A DNA stretch of 41,341 bases from Candidatus Kaiserbacteria bacterium (GTDB lineage: Bacteria; Patescibacteriota; Minisyncoccia; Phycocordibacterales; UBA12088): the NCBI GenBank assembly GCA_007116405.1, contig SKIN01000038.1, forward strand, positions 1-41,341, read 5' to 3'. The notes beneath the pieces were generated by a model. The model had not been told where the DNA came from. It searched no databases and saw only the letters and a program-made list of their open reading frames with translations. A program made the position numbers and the translations under genes. Shown in pieces: positions 9,604 through 17,702 of this stretch; position 1 is the first letter of the stretch, and each line of letters opens with the position of its first letter.

Positions 9604-11034
9604 TCAGTTCTCGTTCAGTGCTTTCATTATAATCTCGGAAAGAATCTTAGGATCTGCCGAACCTTTCGTCATTTTCATTCCTTGACCTATAAGGAATTGT
9701 AATGATGATGCCTTTCCGTTGCGGTACTCTGTGGCTACTGCGGCGTGCTCTTCTATGACTCGCATCGCCACATCGCGCAGAGCGTCGATATCGGATACCT
9801 TGATAAGTCTGTGTTTACGCGCTATCTCGTTTGGGTCTCCGCCCTCTGTTGCCCAGATCGCAAGTGCATCCTTTGCTCCACGCGATGATACAGCTTCTGT
9901 GCGTAGCATGTCGATGAGGATCGCGAACTCGGCCGCATCCATCGAACTGATACTTTTGCTCTTGCCGCCTTTTTTACTGAGGAGGCCGAGCAGATCAGTG
10001 GTCAAGTAGTTTGCGACGAGATTTCGAACGTCATCATTGACATTCTTCAGACTCTGCAGGACAGACTCATAGAACACATTTAGCTCTGTGTCGCTTACAA
10101 GCACTTCGACCACACTAGAGTGCATGCCCTGCTTGGTATATCGAACTCTTCTATCCCAAGGAAGTTCCGGTATCGTATCGAGCAGATTAGCATTAGAAAA
10201 CTTGGGTATCTCGGATACTATCACTTTTGGCAGGTCCGGGTCCGGGAAATACCTGTAGTCGTGAGAGCTTTCTTTTGCTCGCTGCGAAAACGTCTTTTGC
10301 CTATTCTCGTCCCACCCTCTCGTCTCCTGCAATATCGACTCTCCACGAGAGAGGGCTTCCTTTTGTCGCTTTATCTCATACGCGATCGCTTGTTCAACGG
10401 CTTTGAAGCTGTTGAGGTTCTTCACCTCTACCTTTGTACCGAGAGGTTCTCCAGGGGCTGACAAGGAAATATTTGCTTCGATCCTCATTTCTCCCTTCTC
10501 TAGGTTTGCACGGCTCGCGTCAAGATATCTAAGCAGCAATCTGAGGTCCCGTGCAAATGATACAGCGGTCTGGGCGTCATGTATGACCGGCTCCGTGACC
10601 AACTCCATAAGGGGGACACCCGCCCTATTGAAATCCACAATGCTCGTATCTGTCCCGTGTGACGACCTGGCCGTATCCTCCTCCAGATGGATGCGTGTGA
10701 CAGCTACGGGTCCAATGGCGCCACCGGAGACAAGGGGGTAGGCGTACTGACTGATCTGATAGTTTTTCGGTATGTCAGGGTAGTAGTAATTTTTGCGATC
10801 AAACTCGGTGAAATCCGCGATGGTGCCGCCGATAGCGGTACCGACACGCAACACCTGGAATACCGCTTCCTCGTTGATGACCGGCAACGTACCCGGATGC
10901 GCCATACACACAGGACAAACGTGTGTATTCGGAGCGACGTTGTCAGGCTCATTCGCGCAGCCACAGAACATCTTGCTGTGTGTATTCAGCTCCGCGTGTA
11001 TCTCAAGTCCTATCGTAGGTACTAGTTCCTTCAT
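9604..11034 (-). CDS. gatB: Asp/Glu-tRNA(Asn/Gln) amidotransferase subunit B
   Basis: MKELVPTIGLEIHAELNT..SKMFCGC, DRKNYYYPDIPKNYQISQY, GVPLMELVTEP, EANISL, KNLNSF, and a C-terminal GatB/YqeY tail. The track start at 11097 adds 21 non-conserved residues, so I use the ATG at 11034. Confidence 0.95.
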   Translation of the reverse strand: MKELVPTIGLEIHAELNTHSKMFCGCANEPDNVAPNTHVCPVCMAHPGTLPVINEEAVFQVLRVGTAIGGTIADFTEFDRKNYYYPDIPKNYQISQYAYPLVSGGAIGPVAVTRIHLEEDTARSSHGTDTSIVDFNRAGVPLMELVTEPVIHDAQTAVSFARDLRLLLRYLDASRANLEKGEMRIEANISLSAPGEPLGTKVEVKNLNSFKAVEQAIAYEIKRQKEALSRGESILQETRGWDENRQKTFSQRAKESSHDYRYFPDPDLPKVIVSEIPKFSNANLLDTIPELPWDRRVRYTKQGMHSSVVEVLVSDTELNVFYESVLQSLKNVNDDVRNLVANYLTTDLLGLLSKKGGKSKSISSMDAAEFAILIDMLRTEAVSSRGAKDALAIWATEGGDPNEIARKHRLIKVSDIDALRDVAMRVIEEHAAVATEYRNGKASSLQFLIGQGMKMTKGSADPKILSEIIMKALNEN

Positions 11035-11150
11035 GTAGAGAAATGATGCTACATACATTAGCGCACATAGACCTCCCGCGCAAATATCCTTGCCCAAGGA
11101 GCAAGTGCACGGGCACTGGGGGTGCCAGATACCACCCGGTCGTCAACCTC

Positions 11151-12131
11151 TTAGTCTTTCGTCTTGCGAAGGAGATCGACTAACATATCGCCGAGCTCTT
11201 TAATGTCATCATCGTCAAGCACGGTGACCGCACCAAGAACAGGCACGGCACGCTCGCTTGATAGCTTTGTTTTGATATCTCGGATTGCGTCATCCGAAAC
11301 AAGGTCACGCTTTGTTAGAAGTACATGTCGTGGAATCGCAACAAGCGAATCGTAAGCCGAGAGTTCTTGCTCAACCGTGTCATATGATGCCAGTACATCA
11401 CCTCGTTCAAGCGAGATACAGTGAATGAGTGCACGCGTACGCGATATATGGCGTAAGAACTTATGTCCGAGACCCTTACCGGATGATGCGCCTTCTATGA
11501 GGCCGGGGATATCTGCTATGATGTGCCCGTAGTAAACACCGAGATTTGGGTCAAGTGTTGTGAATGGGTAGCTTCCCACTTTTGCATCTGCATTGGTGAG
11601 TGCATTCAAAAGACTTGTCTTACCTGCGTTCGGAAGACCAACCAAGCCTAAGTCAGCGATAAGTCTAAGTTCAACATGAAAGTCACCCTTCTCTCCCGGC
11701 TGCCCTTTCGTTGCTTGCATCGGTCTTTGGTTGGTAGAACTCTTGAAGTGCTCGTTTCCGAGTCCCCCCACTCCTCCTTGTAAAATTGTATATTCCTTCC
11801 CTTCTTCGAGTATCTCTATTGCTTCTCCACTGCCTCTATTTGTGACTACAGATCCTATGGGTACGTTGATATAGAGGTGTGGCGCATCCGCCCCGGTCTT
11901 ACTACTGGAAGCGCCGGGTTCTCCATCCTGTGCAGCGTACTCGTGGCGGTACATGAGTGGCCTGAGGGCATTGTTATCACGTATGCCACGTATGCGCACG
12001 TCTCCTCCCCGACCCCCGTTGCCGCCCGCCGGTCCACCTTTTGGCAAGAACTTCTCACGGCGCCAGCGTACAACACCGTCGCCACCCTTGCCTGCGGAAG
12101 CACTGAAATCATATTCATCAATCAGACTCAT
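11151..12131 (-). CDS. obg: Obg-family GTPase
   Basis: Gly-rich Obg fold GKGGDGVVRWRREKFLPKGGPAGGNGGRGGDV. G1 GLVGLPNAGKTSLLNALT, G3 DIPGLIEGAS, G4 TKRD. Confidence 0.95.
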   Translation of the reverse strand: MSLIDEYDFSASAGKGGDGVVRWRREKFLPKGGPAGGNGGRGGDVRIRGIRDNNALRPLMYRHEYAAQDGEPGASSSKTGADAPHLYINVPIGSVVTNRGSGEAIEILEEGKEYTILQGGVGGLGNEHFKSSTNQRPMQATKGQPGEKGDFHVELRLIADLGLVGLPNAGKTSLLNALTNADAKVGSYPFTTLDPNLGVYYGHIIADIPGLIEGASSGKGLGHKFLRHISRTRALIHCISLERGDVLASYDTVEQELSAYDSLVAIPRHVLLTKRDLVSDDAIRDIKTKLSSERAVPVLGAVTVLDDDDIKELGDMLVDLLRKTKD

Positions 12132-12140
12132 GATATCTCG

Positions 12141-12476
12141 TTATGTTAGTTTATGGGCAATCCAACTCATACTTGCCACTATGAGTGAGCCCAAGAGTGC
12201 CGGGATAAAACCTGCGACCGTGAATCCATCGACGAAGGTGCCGACAAACCAAAAAAGGAGGGCGTTCAATACCCACACAAAAAGCCCGAAGGTAACGATG
12301 GTGATGGGCAGTGTGAGAATGATCAGTATCGGCCGCACGAGTACGTTCAAGAGTGCCAGAAGTACCGCAACGATGAGTGCCACATACAACCCCGCAACAT
12401 CGATACCCGGAACAAGGTGGGCCGCTATGAAGAGGGCCAATACGACCGTGAAGAATCTGGTGAGGATGCGTATCAT
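12141..12476 (-). CDS. Small 4-TM membrane protein, DUF360 / phage-holin-4_2 (YvlD-like) family
   Basis: AAHLVPGIDVAGLYVALIVAVLLALLNVLVRPILIILTLPITIVTFGLFVWVLNALLFWFV is the family signature as I remember it. Confidence 0.75.
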   Translation of the reverse strand: MIRILTRFFTVVLALFIAAHLVPGIDVAGLYVALIVAVLLALLNVLVRPILIILTLPITIVTFGLFVWVLNALLFWFVGTFVDGFTVAGFIPALLGSLIVASMSWIAHKLT

Positions 12477-12482
12477 TCACAC

Positions 12483-12488
12483 ATACTA
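12483..12488 (-). promoter_or_regulatory. -10 hexamer TAGTAT, 6 nt upstream of ATG 12476 (leaderless; the spacing to obg suggests co-transcription)
   Basis: Minus strand reads TGTAGTAT-GTGTGA-ATGATA. Confidence 0.45.
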
Positions 12489-12530
12489 CACGAAATACCG
12501 GAAGTCGCCAGAGTCATCTACCGGCAGAAC

Positions 12531-12554
12531 GAAAAGGCCGGGTCAGTACCCGGT
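12531..12554 (-). terminator. Candidate intrinsic terminator after the GH15 gene
   Basis: Minus strand CCGGGT-ACTG-ACCCGG followed by CCTTTTCGTTC, about 30 nt after the stop at 12581. Confidence 0.5.
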
Positions 12555-12580
12555 GCATATCATGTACTCTGCAACACACA

Positions 12581-14548
12581 TCACTCCTTCCCGGGTGTCT
12601 TGCATATCCCAAGCTCAGTGAGTTTTTCGATGTATTCAAGAAGTGTTATCACGTACGTGGCATGGCTCCAGGTGAGCGGCATTACCGACGTCGGGAACCC
12701 GCCTACTGCATCATACTGCTCTGCAAGCATGCCTGCTTCATTACATTTACTCAGCACCCACTGAAGCCGCTCTTTGACCGGTTCAAGGTCCTTCGGTCTC
12801 TTCGCCTTCGCTATCTCATACTCAGCAAGCCACAGTGTGGTGAGTATCCAGGGATTTCCCGGAACACCTTGCGCGGTACGGAAATAATTGTCACCTTCGT
12901 AGCGCGCAATACCACCTCCGGCAGACAGCGCTTTGTTTGTCTGTTCATAGATCTTGAACAATCTCGGATCATCGACCGACAAAATATTGTATTTAAAGAG
13001 ACCATAAAAACTTGATACATCGATGGTCCTGTCCTTCACCATGGTGCCGTGTTCATGGCGAATCGACTTCAGCGCTGTGCCATCTGTGTCGATAAGGTGC
13101 GTGAGAATGCCCTCTTCTATTTCTCGAGCTGCGTTATTCCAACGCTTTGCAGCAACGTGTTTGCCGAGCATCTCGGCAAAACCAGCCGCTGTCTTTAGCC
13201 CCGCGTGCACTGTACAGGTAGTATATGTGAAGGTCGCGAACTGCTCCTCCCAGAGGTCATGACTTGGTAATGGAAGTCCTGTCTTCTTATCTCGGTAACG
13301 CGTGAGAAAATCGGCGACTCGGCGAATGTATGAATTGTAGAGACCCTCGATAAATTCAAGATCGCGCGTGTGCTCGTAGTGGGCTCCGAGTGTGACGAGT
13401 GTGATGGCACTCTCGTCCTCCTGTATGGGCGGTTGCGCTCTTCCGTCCCTCACCCAAGGATGCCATGAACTCCCTAGTGACTTGTCAGAACGATATTTGT
13501 GCAACAGATACCCGTCTTCAGTGAGCACTTCATTATAGAAATGATGGAATTCCTTACTCGCGCTGACGTGACCGGCGCGCAAAAAGGCAAGCATGATGTA
13601 GGCACCATCTCGGGGCCACGAGTAATTGTACGTATCTCGTCCCCACTGGAGGATGGATGAGTCTCCTGAGGCGATGATGGCACCTTTGTTGTCGGTGTGT
13701 GTTCGCATCACAAAGAGTGAACGCCGATAAAGGTTGATGTACTCCTGCTCAATACCACACGTATCGATGTCAATACGGTTCACCCATGCCCTCCAGAAAT
13801 CACGTGTCGTGCGACGAAGGTGCTCAGGACCTCGTGTGAGTATATCGCGATGCATCTTCTCTACCTTACTGTAGCTTTCGCCAGCAGCAAGCCAATACGA
13901 AACGGTACGAGTCCCCTTCCCGCGCATGAAAAGTGAGATGCCGAGAACCGAATCGACACTGCCGTGTTCGACAGCACTCTTCTGGAGCATGCCGTCATCA
14001 GCATCCCGCCAGGTTCCCTCTTTCCCTTCGATACCAAGCAGTCCTACGCTGTAATCATCAAAATAGGCGTCATTCGTGCGAGCGGAGGCGAGAAATACAC
14101 GACGACCCTTGTAGTGAATGATTGCATGCAGCTCGGGGGAGTAGTACGCGGTGTCGCCTCGATGTGATTCACTTATATGGAACTGTTGATTGAAAAATAC
14201 TTTAATATTCCTGTCCTCTTCAAAAAGATTCATTACTTCTATGTGACGTACAAAAATATTATGTTCGTTGTAGACGATGTCTGAAAAACGAAGTTCCACG
14301 CCGATCTTCTCATTTGTCGCAACCACCGACGCGACCAATGTGTCTTGCTCATAGTTTGTGCTAACACGAAACCCCCCATTGGAGAACCAATGGGTCTTGT
14401 CACCGGTGAAAACACCGATGCGATGCATAAGTTGATCCCCCACATGGTTCTCGAGTCCCACTTGGGGGAAATGGAAATCACGAACCTGACCCCACTCATC
14501 ATAACAGACAAGCACATTCCCGTTTCCGAGCACTAGTGAGCGGGCCAT
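12581..14548 (-). CDS. Glycoside hydrolase family 15 (glucoamylase / glucodextranase-like)
   Basis: N-terminus MARSLVLGNGNVLVCYDEWGQVRDFHFPQVGLENHVG is typical of prokaryotic GH15. The (alpha/alpha)6 part carries SWPRDGAYIMLAF, HDLWEE and LAEQYD. Confidence 0.9.
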   Translation of the reverse strand: MARSLVLGNGNVLVCYDEWGQVRDFHFPQVGLENHVGDQLMHRIGVFTGDKTHWFSNGGFRVSTNYEQDTLVASVVATNEKIGVELRFSDIVYNEHNIFVRHIEVMNLFEEDRNIKVFFNQQFHISESHRGDTAYYSPELHAIIHYKGRRVFLASARTNDAYFDDYSVGLLGIEGKEGTWRDADDGMLQKSAVEHGSVDSVLGISLFMRGKGTRTVSYWLAAGESYSKVEKMHRDILTRGPEHLRRTTRDFWRAWVNRIDIDTCGIEQEYINLYRRSLFVMRTHTDNKGAIIASGDSSILQWGRDTYNYSWPRDGAYIMLAFLRAGHVSASKEFHHFYNEVLTEDGYLLHKYRSDKSLGSSWHPWVRDGRAQPPIQEDESAITLVTLGAHYEHTRDLEFIEGLYNSYIRRVADFLTRYRDKKTGLPLPSHDLWEEQFATFTYTTCTVHAGLKTAAGFAEMLGKHVAAKRWNNAAREIEEGILTHLIDTDGTALKSIRHEHGTMVKDRTIDVSSFYGLFKYNILSVDDPRLFKIYEQTNKALSAGGGIARYEGDNYFRTAQGVPGNPWILTTLWLAEYEIAKAKRPKDLEPVKERLQWVLSKCNEAGMLAEQYDAVGGFPTSVMPLTWSHATYVITLLEYIEKLTELGICKTPGKE

Positions 14549-14580
14549 GATACAACTAAAAGATCATTACGAAACCTTTT

Positions 14581-15027
14581 CTACTTACAACACGTGCTTT
14601 TGAGTGCGCGTATAGTAGTAGTTCGGGTCTTTGCTTTCTCAACACGCCTTGCGCATGCATCATCTTTGAGGCAGTCGCGTATCCAGCGCGCAAAATCGTT
14701 ACCGTCACGACGAGTATGGTATGCGAACTGCGCCTCCGACATGTCTTTGAGAGCACTGCGGAGGTGTTCAAGAGACTGTACTACTGGTCCATCACAGACC
14801 CAGAACGATTCCTCCGGACTACATGTCCGTACGCAGATGCACCCTGCTTGTTTCTTACCTGCCTGCTTTTTTGTTGCCTTAGCCTTAGGTTGTACTACCG
14901 CTACGGCGACCTTCTTTGAGACAAGGGCCTTCTTTGGGGCCTTGGATGCAGCACTCGAGGTTTTCTTGTTCGGCGCTTTCTTTGCTGGGGTCCTTTTAAC
15001 TACTGATGATTGTTTCTTGGTTGGCAT
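14581..15027 (-). CDS. Hypothetical protein: histone-H1-like Lys/Ala-rich N-terminal tail (about 61 aa) plus a Cys-rich C-terminal domain
   Basis: MPTKKQSSVVKRTPAKKAPNKKTSSAASKAPKKALVSKK...KAKATKKQAGKKQAG, then CICVRTCSPEESFWVCDGPVVQSLEHLRSALKDMSEAQFAYHTRRDGNDFARWIRDCLKDDACARRV...STCCK (8 Cys). Tightly packed between the GH57 and GH15 genes. Confidence 0.7.
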   Translation of the reverse strand: MPTKKQSSVVKRTPAKKAPNKKTSSAASKAPKKALVSKKVAVAVVQPKAKATKKQAGKKQAGCICVRTCSPEESFWVCDGPVVQSLEHLRSALKDMSEAQFAYHTRRDGNDFARWIRDCLKDDACARRVEKAKTRTTTIRALKSTCCK

Positions 15028-15033
15028 GGTGTG

Positions 15034-16311
15034 TTATGAGGTTAATGCTTGTAATACTCCGCGGGTCTTATGTCTGAACGATTGCCAGATACCCCGCTTC
15101 ACAGGCTGTGGCCTTTTGGACGTCTGCGTACGTAACCGTACGTCATTCAAAACATTCATGTAAGCGATGTATGCTTCATACGGTGACTCGTAGGGATTGA
15201 AATAGGCGTGCACATCACCGTCCTGAAACCACTTCGTACACATGTAATAGAAATGGTCGGAGGTTGACAGGCGTCGCCAGTCACGCAGTAACACCTCATC
15301 ACCTGTATTTTTTACGTCTTTCTCGAGCGCAAAGAACGCACGTAGGGCATCATGTTGTATGGCGTTGCTCTTCCATGCAGACAGATCACGCTCAACGTCA
15401 GCCCATGAGACATAGTGCGGAGCATCTACTTCGCCGACGGATTCAAACGTTGACATTGCCTCCGTGGGGGTCATGAAAGTGTTATCGCTATGCCTGAGAA
15501 TCTCGCGTGGCATCTCTCGTATGAAATGGAATATACCGGTGTCTTCCCATTGATGCTCGCCAAACGTCTCATAATCCATGAACAAGTTGATGACATGCCC
15601 GTCACCATTATGCGCATTCACCCATTGTGCAAACTTAGGGGCGGTAAGCGGCCACTCTTCCCAGCCTTTGTTGCTGAATCGGAAAGCAATATCATCTGAG
15701 AGCTTGTAGTGTTTGAGTAGTACACGTAATGTCGGATCGTTCTTTGCATGATACACGTACGTGGGTTTACGCCATCCAAGCAGATGGTCAGCACCCTCCG
15801 CTAGCATGCCTAGGTATCCCATATCTGCCACCTGCTCGGCAATGTCATTACGGTAGATAAGCTCGGTGTTGCGAAACACGTACGGCGTAACTCCAAAGAG
15901 GTCCTTGACTTTGTCGGCATGAAGTTGTACTTGCTCACGAAACTCCTCCGGGGACTCAAGGAACGACAGCGAATGGTAATATGTCTCGGAGAGTATCTCC
16001 ACCCTACCTGTCGCAACCAGACGCTTGAACGATTCAATGACTTCGGGGGTATACTCTTCAAACTGTTCTAGTGCGATGCCGGATATGGAGAATGAGGCCT
16101 TGAAATCAGGATAATCATCAAGGTTTCGAAGTAACGCCTCGTTAGCAGGTAAGTAGCACTTATCTGCGACCTTACGTGCGATACGGGCATTATTGGTATC
16201 CCGTTCACTCGAATCATTGAAGTATTCCGAATCATTTCCGATATCGAAGAACCTGTATCGCTTGATGCGACGTGGCTGATGTACTTGAAAATAAAAACAG
16301 ACTGCACTCAT
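15034..16311 (-). CDS. Glycoside hydrolase family 57 (alpha-amylase / alpha-glucan-acting enzyme)
   Basis: MSAVCFYFQVHQPRRI, SETYYHSL, FMDYETFGEHQWEDTG. The ATG at 16311 overlaps the upstream TGA (ATGA), so I prefer it to the track start at 16383. Confidence 0.88.
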   Translation of the reverse strand: MSAVCFYFQVHQPRRIKRYRFFDIGNDSEYFNDSSERDTNNARIARKVADKCYLPANEALLRNLDDYPDFKASFSISGIALEQFEEYTPEVIESFKRLVATGRVEILSETYYHSLSFLESPEEFREQVQLHADKVKDLFGVTPYVFRNTELIYRNDIAEQVADMGYLGMLAEGADHLLGWRKPTYVYHAKNDPTLRVLLKHYKLSDDIAFRFSNKGWEEWPLTAPKFAQWVNAHNGDGHVINLFMDYETFGEHQWEDTGIFHFIREMPREILRHSDNTFMTPTEAMSTFESVGEVDAPHYVSWADVERDLSAWKSNAIQHDALRAFFALEKDVKNTGDEVLLRDWRRLSTSDHFYYMCTKWFQDGDVHAYFNPYESPYEAYIAYMNVLNDVRLRTQTSKRPQPVKRGIWQSFRHKTRGVLQALTS

Positions 16312-17540
16312 ATGTTGGTTCGTGAAAGTGATTCTGTTAGCTTCTTGTAAACCATCATACACCGCTCTGCTACCCTCCTCCAAACTTGACCGCGCGCCTC
16401 ACGCATACCTTCGGTCGCAAGCGTCTCCTTTAGGCTCGGATTATCCAGTACCGATACCATCTTGTTGGCCATCTCGTCCGTGTCCCAGAAGTCTGTCTTC
16501 AGCGCATTGCGGATCACTTCGGCGACTCCCGACTGTTTACTGATGAGCACCGGCGTGCCATTCAATAGGGACTCGAGCGGAACGATACCAAATGGTTCTG
16601 AGACTGAAGGCATAACTACAAGGTCTGCGGCACCGTAGAGTCGCGCGAGTTCCTTTTCTCGCAGGAATCCCGTGAAGAGTACTTTGTCACCAATGCCGAG
16701 CTCTGCAGAACGGTCGATGATCTGCTTGGCCATATCTCCTGAACCCGAGATGACAAACAATGTGTTGGGGCGATGTGTGATGACCTTTCTTGCGGCGTTG
16801 AGGAAGTAGTCGGGGCCCTTTTGAAGGGTGAGTCGCCCGACGAAGAGGACTACGCCCCATCCCGAATCCTTGAGACGTTTCATCTCGGCTTCTGTTGCAC
16901 TCGAGACCGCGGTGTCATCAGGATCAATGCCATTGTGCACGACATCAACCTTGTCAGGTGAGATACCGTAGTGGGCCACGATGACGCGCTTGGTGTACTC
17001 GGATACTGCGATTATCCTGTCCGCCTCATGCATACCTCGACGCTCTACGTCATACACGGCCTGATTGACCGACCCGAACCCTGTCCGGTCAAACTCGGTC
17101 GCGTGGACATGTGCAACAAGCGGAAGACCCGTTACCTTCTTTGCGGCAATACCTGCAGGATAGCAAAGCCAGTCATGCACATGAATGACATCAGCCGGAT
17201 ATTGAAGTGCGACCAATGGGGCAAGAGCGGCATATCGTAACACCTCATCAAAAAGACTGGGACCATACCGAAGCTCCGGGTATTGACCACGCAGGAAGTT
17301 AAGCTGCTCTTGTGTCAGGTAACCGGAGTTGAATTGTCGTGCCTGCAGTGAATCGAGAGGGTTCGCCTCGTCAGCGAAGACTATCTTTGCACCGGACGGC
17401 AGTACGGGAAATTTGCGCGGGAGGACAAAACGGACGTCCGCACCCTCAGCAACAAGTCCACGAGTAAGCCCATAGCAAGCTACGCCAAGCCCGCCACTGT
17501 TGCTCGGCGGGAACTCCCATCCATACATGAGAACTCGCAT
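16308..17540 (-). CDS. GT-B glycosyltransferase, archaeal-type glycogen/starch synthase-like
   Basis: MRVLMYGWEFPPSNSGGLGVACYGLTRGL, VHDWL, and C-terminal PSVSEPFGIVPLESLLNGTPVL (E-x7-E). Confidence 0.85.
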   Translation of the reverse strand: MRVLMYGWEFPPSNSGGLGVACYGLTRGLVAEGADVRFVLPRKFPVLPSGAKIVFADEANPLDSLQARQFNSGYLTQEQLNFLRGQYPELRYGPSLFDEVLRYAALAPLVALQYPADVIHVHDWLCYPAGIAAKKVTGLPLVAHVHATEFDRTGFGSVNQAVYDVERRGMHEADRIIAVSEYTKRVIVAHYGISPDKVDVVHNGIDPDDTAVSSATEAEMKRLKDSGWGVVLFVGRLTLQKGPDYFLNAARKVITHRPNTLFVISGSGDMAKQIIDRSAELGIGDKVLFTGFLREKELARLYGAADLVVMPSVSEPFGIVPLESLLNGTPVLISKQSGVAEVIRNALKTDFWDTDEMANKMVSVLDNPSLKETLATEGMREARGQVWRRVAERCMMVYKKLTESLSRTNI

Positions 17541-17590
17541 TATATATATGGATGCGAATAGAGATTAGATGCGGAAGCGGCTATTCGCAT
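17540..17590 (-). other. Leader of the glycogen-synthase operon: candidate leaderless 16-codon uORF (MRIAASASNLYSHPYI) containing a 10-bp hairpin; its TAA overlaps the downstream ATG (TAATG)
   Basis: TATACT-GTAGGAT-ATG geometry. ATGCGAATAG (17590..17581) pairs perfectly with CTATTCGCAT (17561..17552), with a 19-nt loop. Confidence 0.3.
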
Positions 17591-17597
17591 ATCCTAC

Positions 17598-17603
17598 AGT
17601 ATA
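17598..17603 (-). promoter_or_regulatory. -10 hexamer TATACT, 7 nt upstream of the AUG at 17590
   Basis: Minus strand reads CTGTAGTATACT-GTAGGAT-ATGCGAATAG. Confidence 0.4.
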
Positions 17604-17629
17604 CTACAGTCACCCCCTACCCTGGGCTT

Positions 17630-17641
17630 GCACATATGTGC
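17630..17641. promoter_or_regulatory. Perfect 12-bp palindrome GCACATATGTGC between the secA stop and the glycogen-operon promoter (possible operator)
   Basis: Read directly. It lies about 27 bp upstream of the -10 at 17598..17603, around the -35 position. Confidence 0.3.
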
Positions 17642-17702
17642 ATAACTTGGCTATAAATATTGGCGAAATGGTGGCCTGAGGCAGATCTCTGAACACCAGC
17701 AC

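Noticed and set aside
11035-11097. N-terminal extensions proposed by the ORF track for gatB (11097), secA (20309), GH57 (16383), the AbrB-like gene (22279), murI (40986), rsmI (36106), the DUF4015 gene (35247), the CDP-alcohol phosphatidyltransferase gene (TTG 26012) and the O-antigen-ligase-like gene (GTG 24527).
   Set aside because: The extensions overlap upstream genes or promoters, add non-conserved residues before well-known N-terminal motifs, or use GTG/TTG where a downstream ATG has a -10 box or SD at the proper distance.
12141-12476. The 'phage holin 4' family protein as evidence of a prophage.
   Set aside because: There are no lysin, capsid, tail, terminase or integrase genes nearby. 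The gene appears co-transcribed with obg. The DUF360/YvlD family is widespread as a chromosomal membrane protein.
16308-16311. Alternative genetic code (UGA recoding, as in some candidate-phyla lineages).
   Set aside because: Conserved genes end at TGA exactly where homologs end, and TGA stops take part in ATGA stop-start overlaps (16308..16311, 38791..38794, 29053..29056). No conserved protein needs read-through. The standard code fits.
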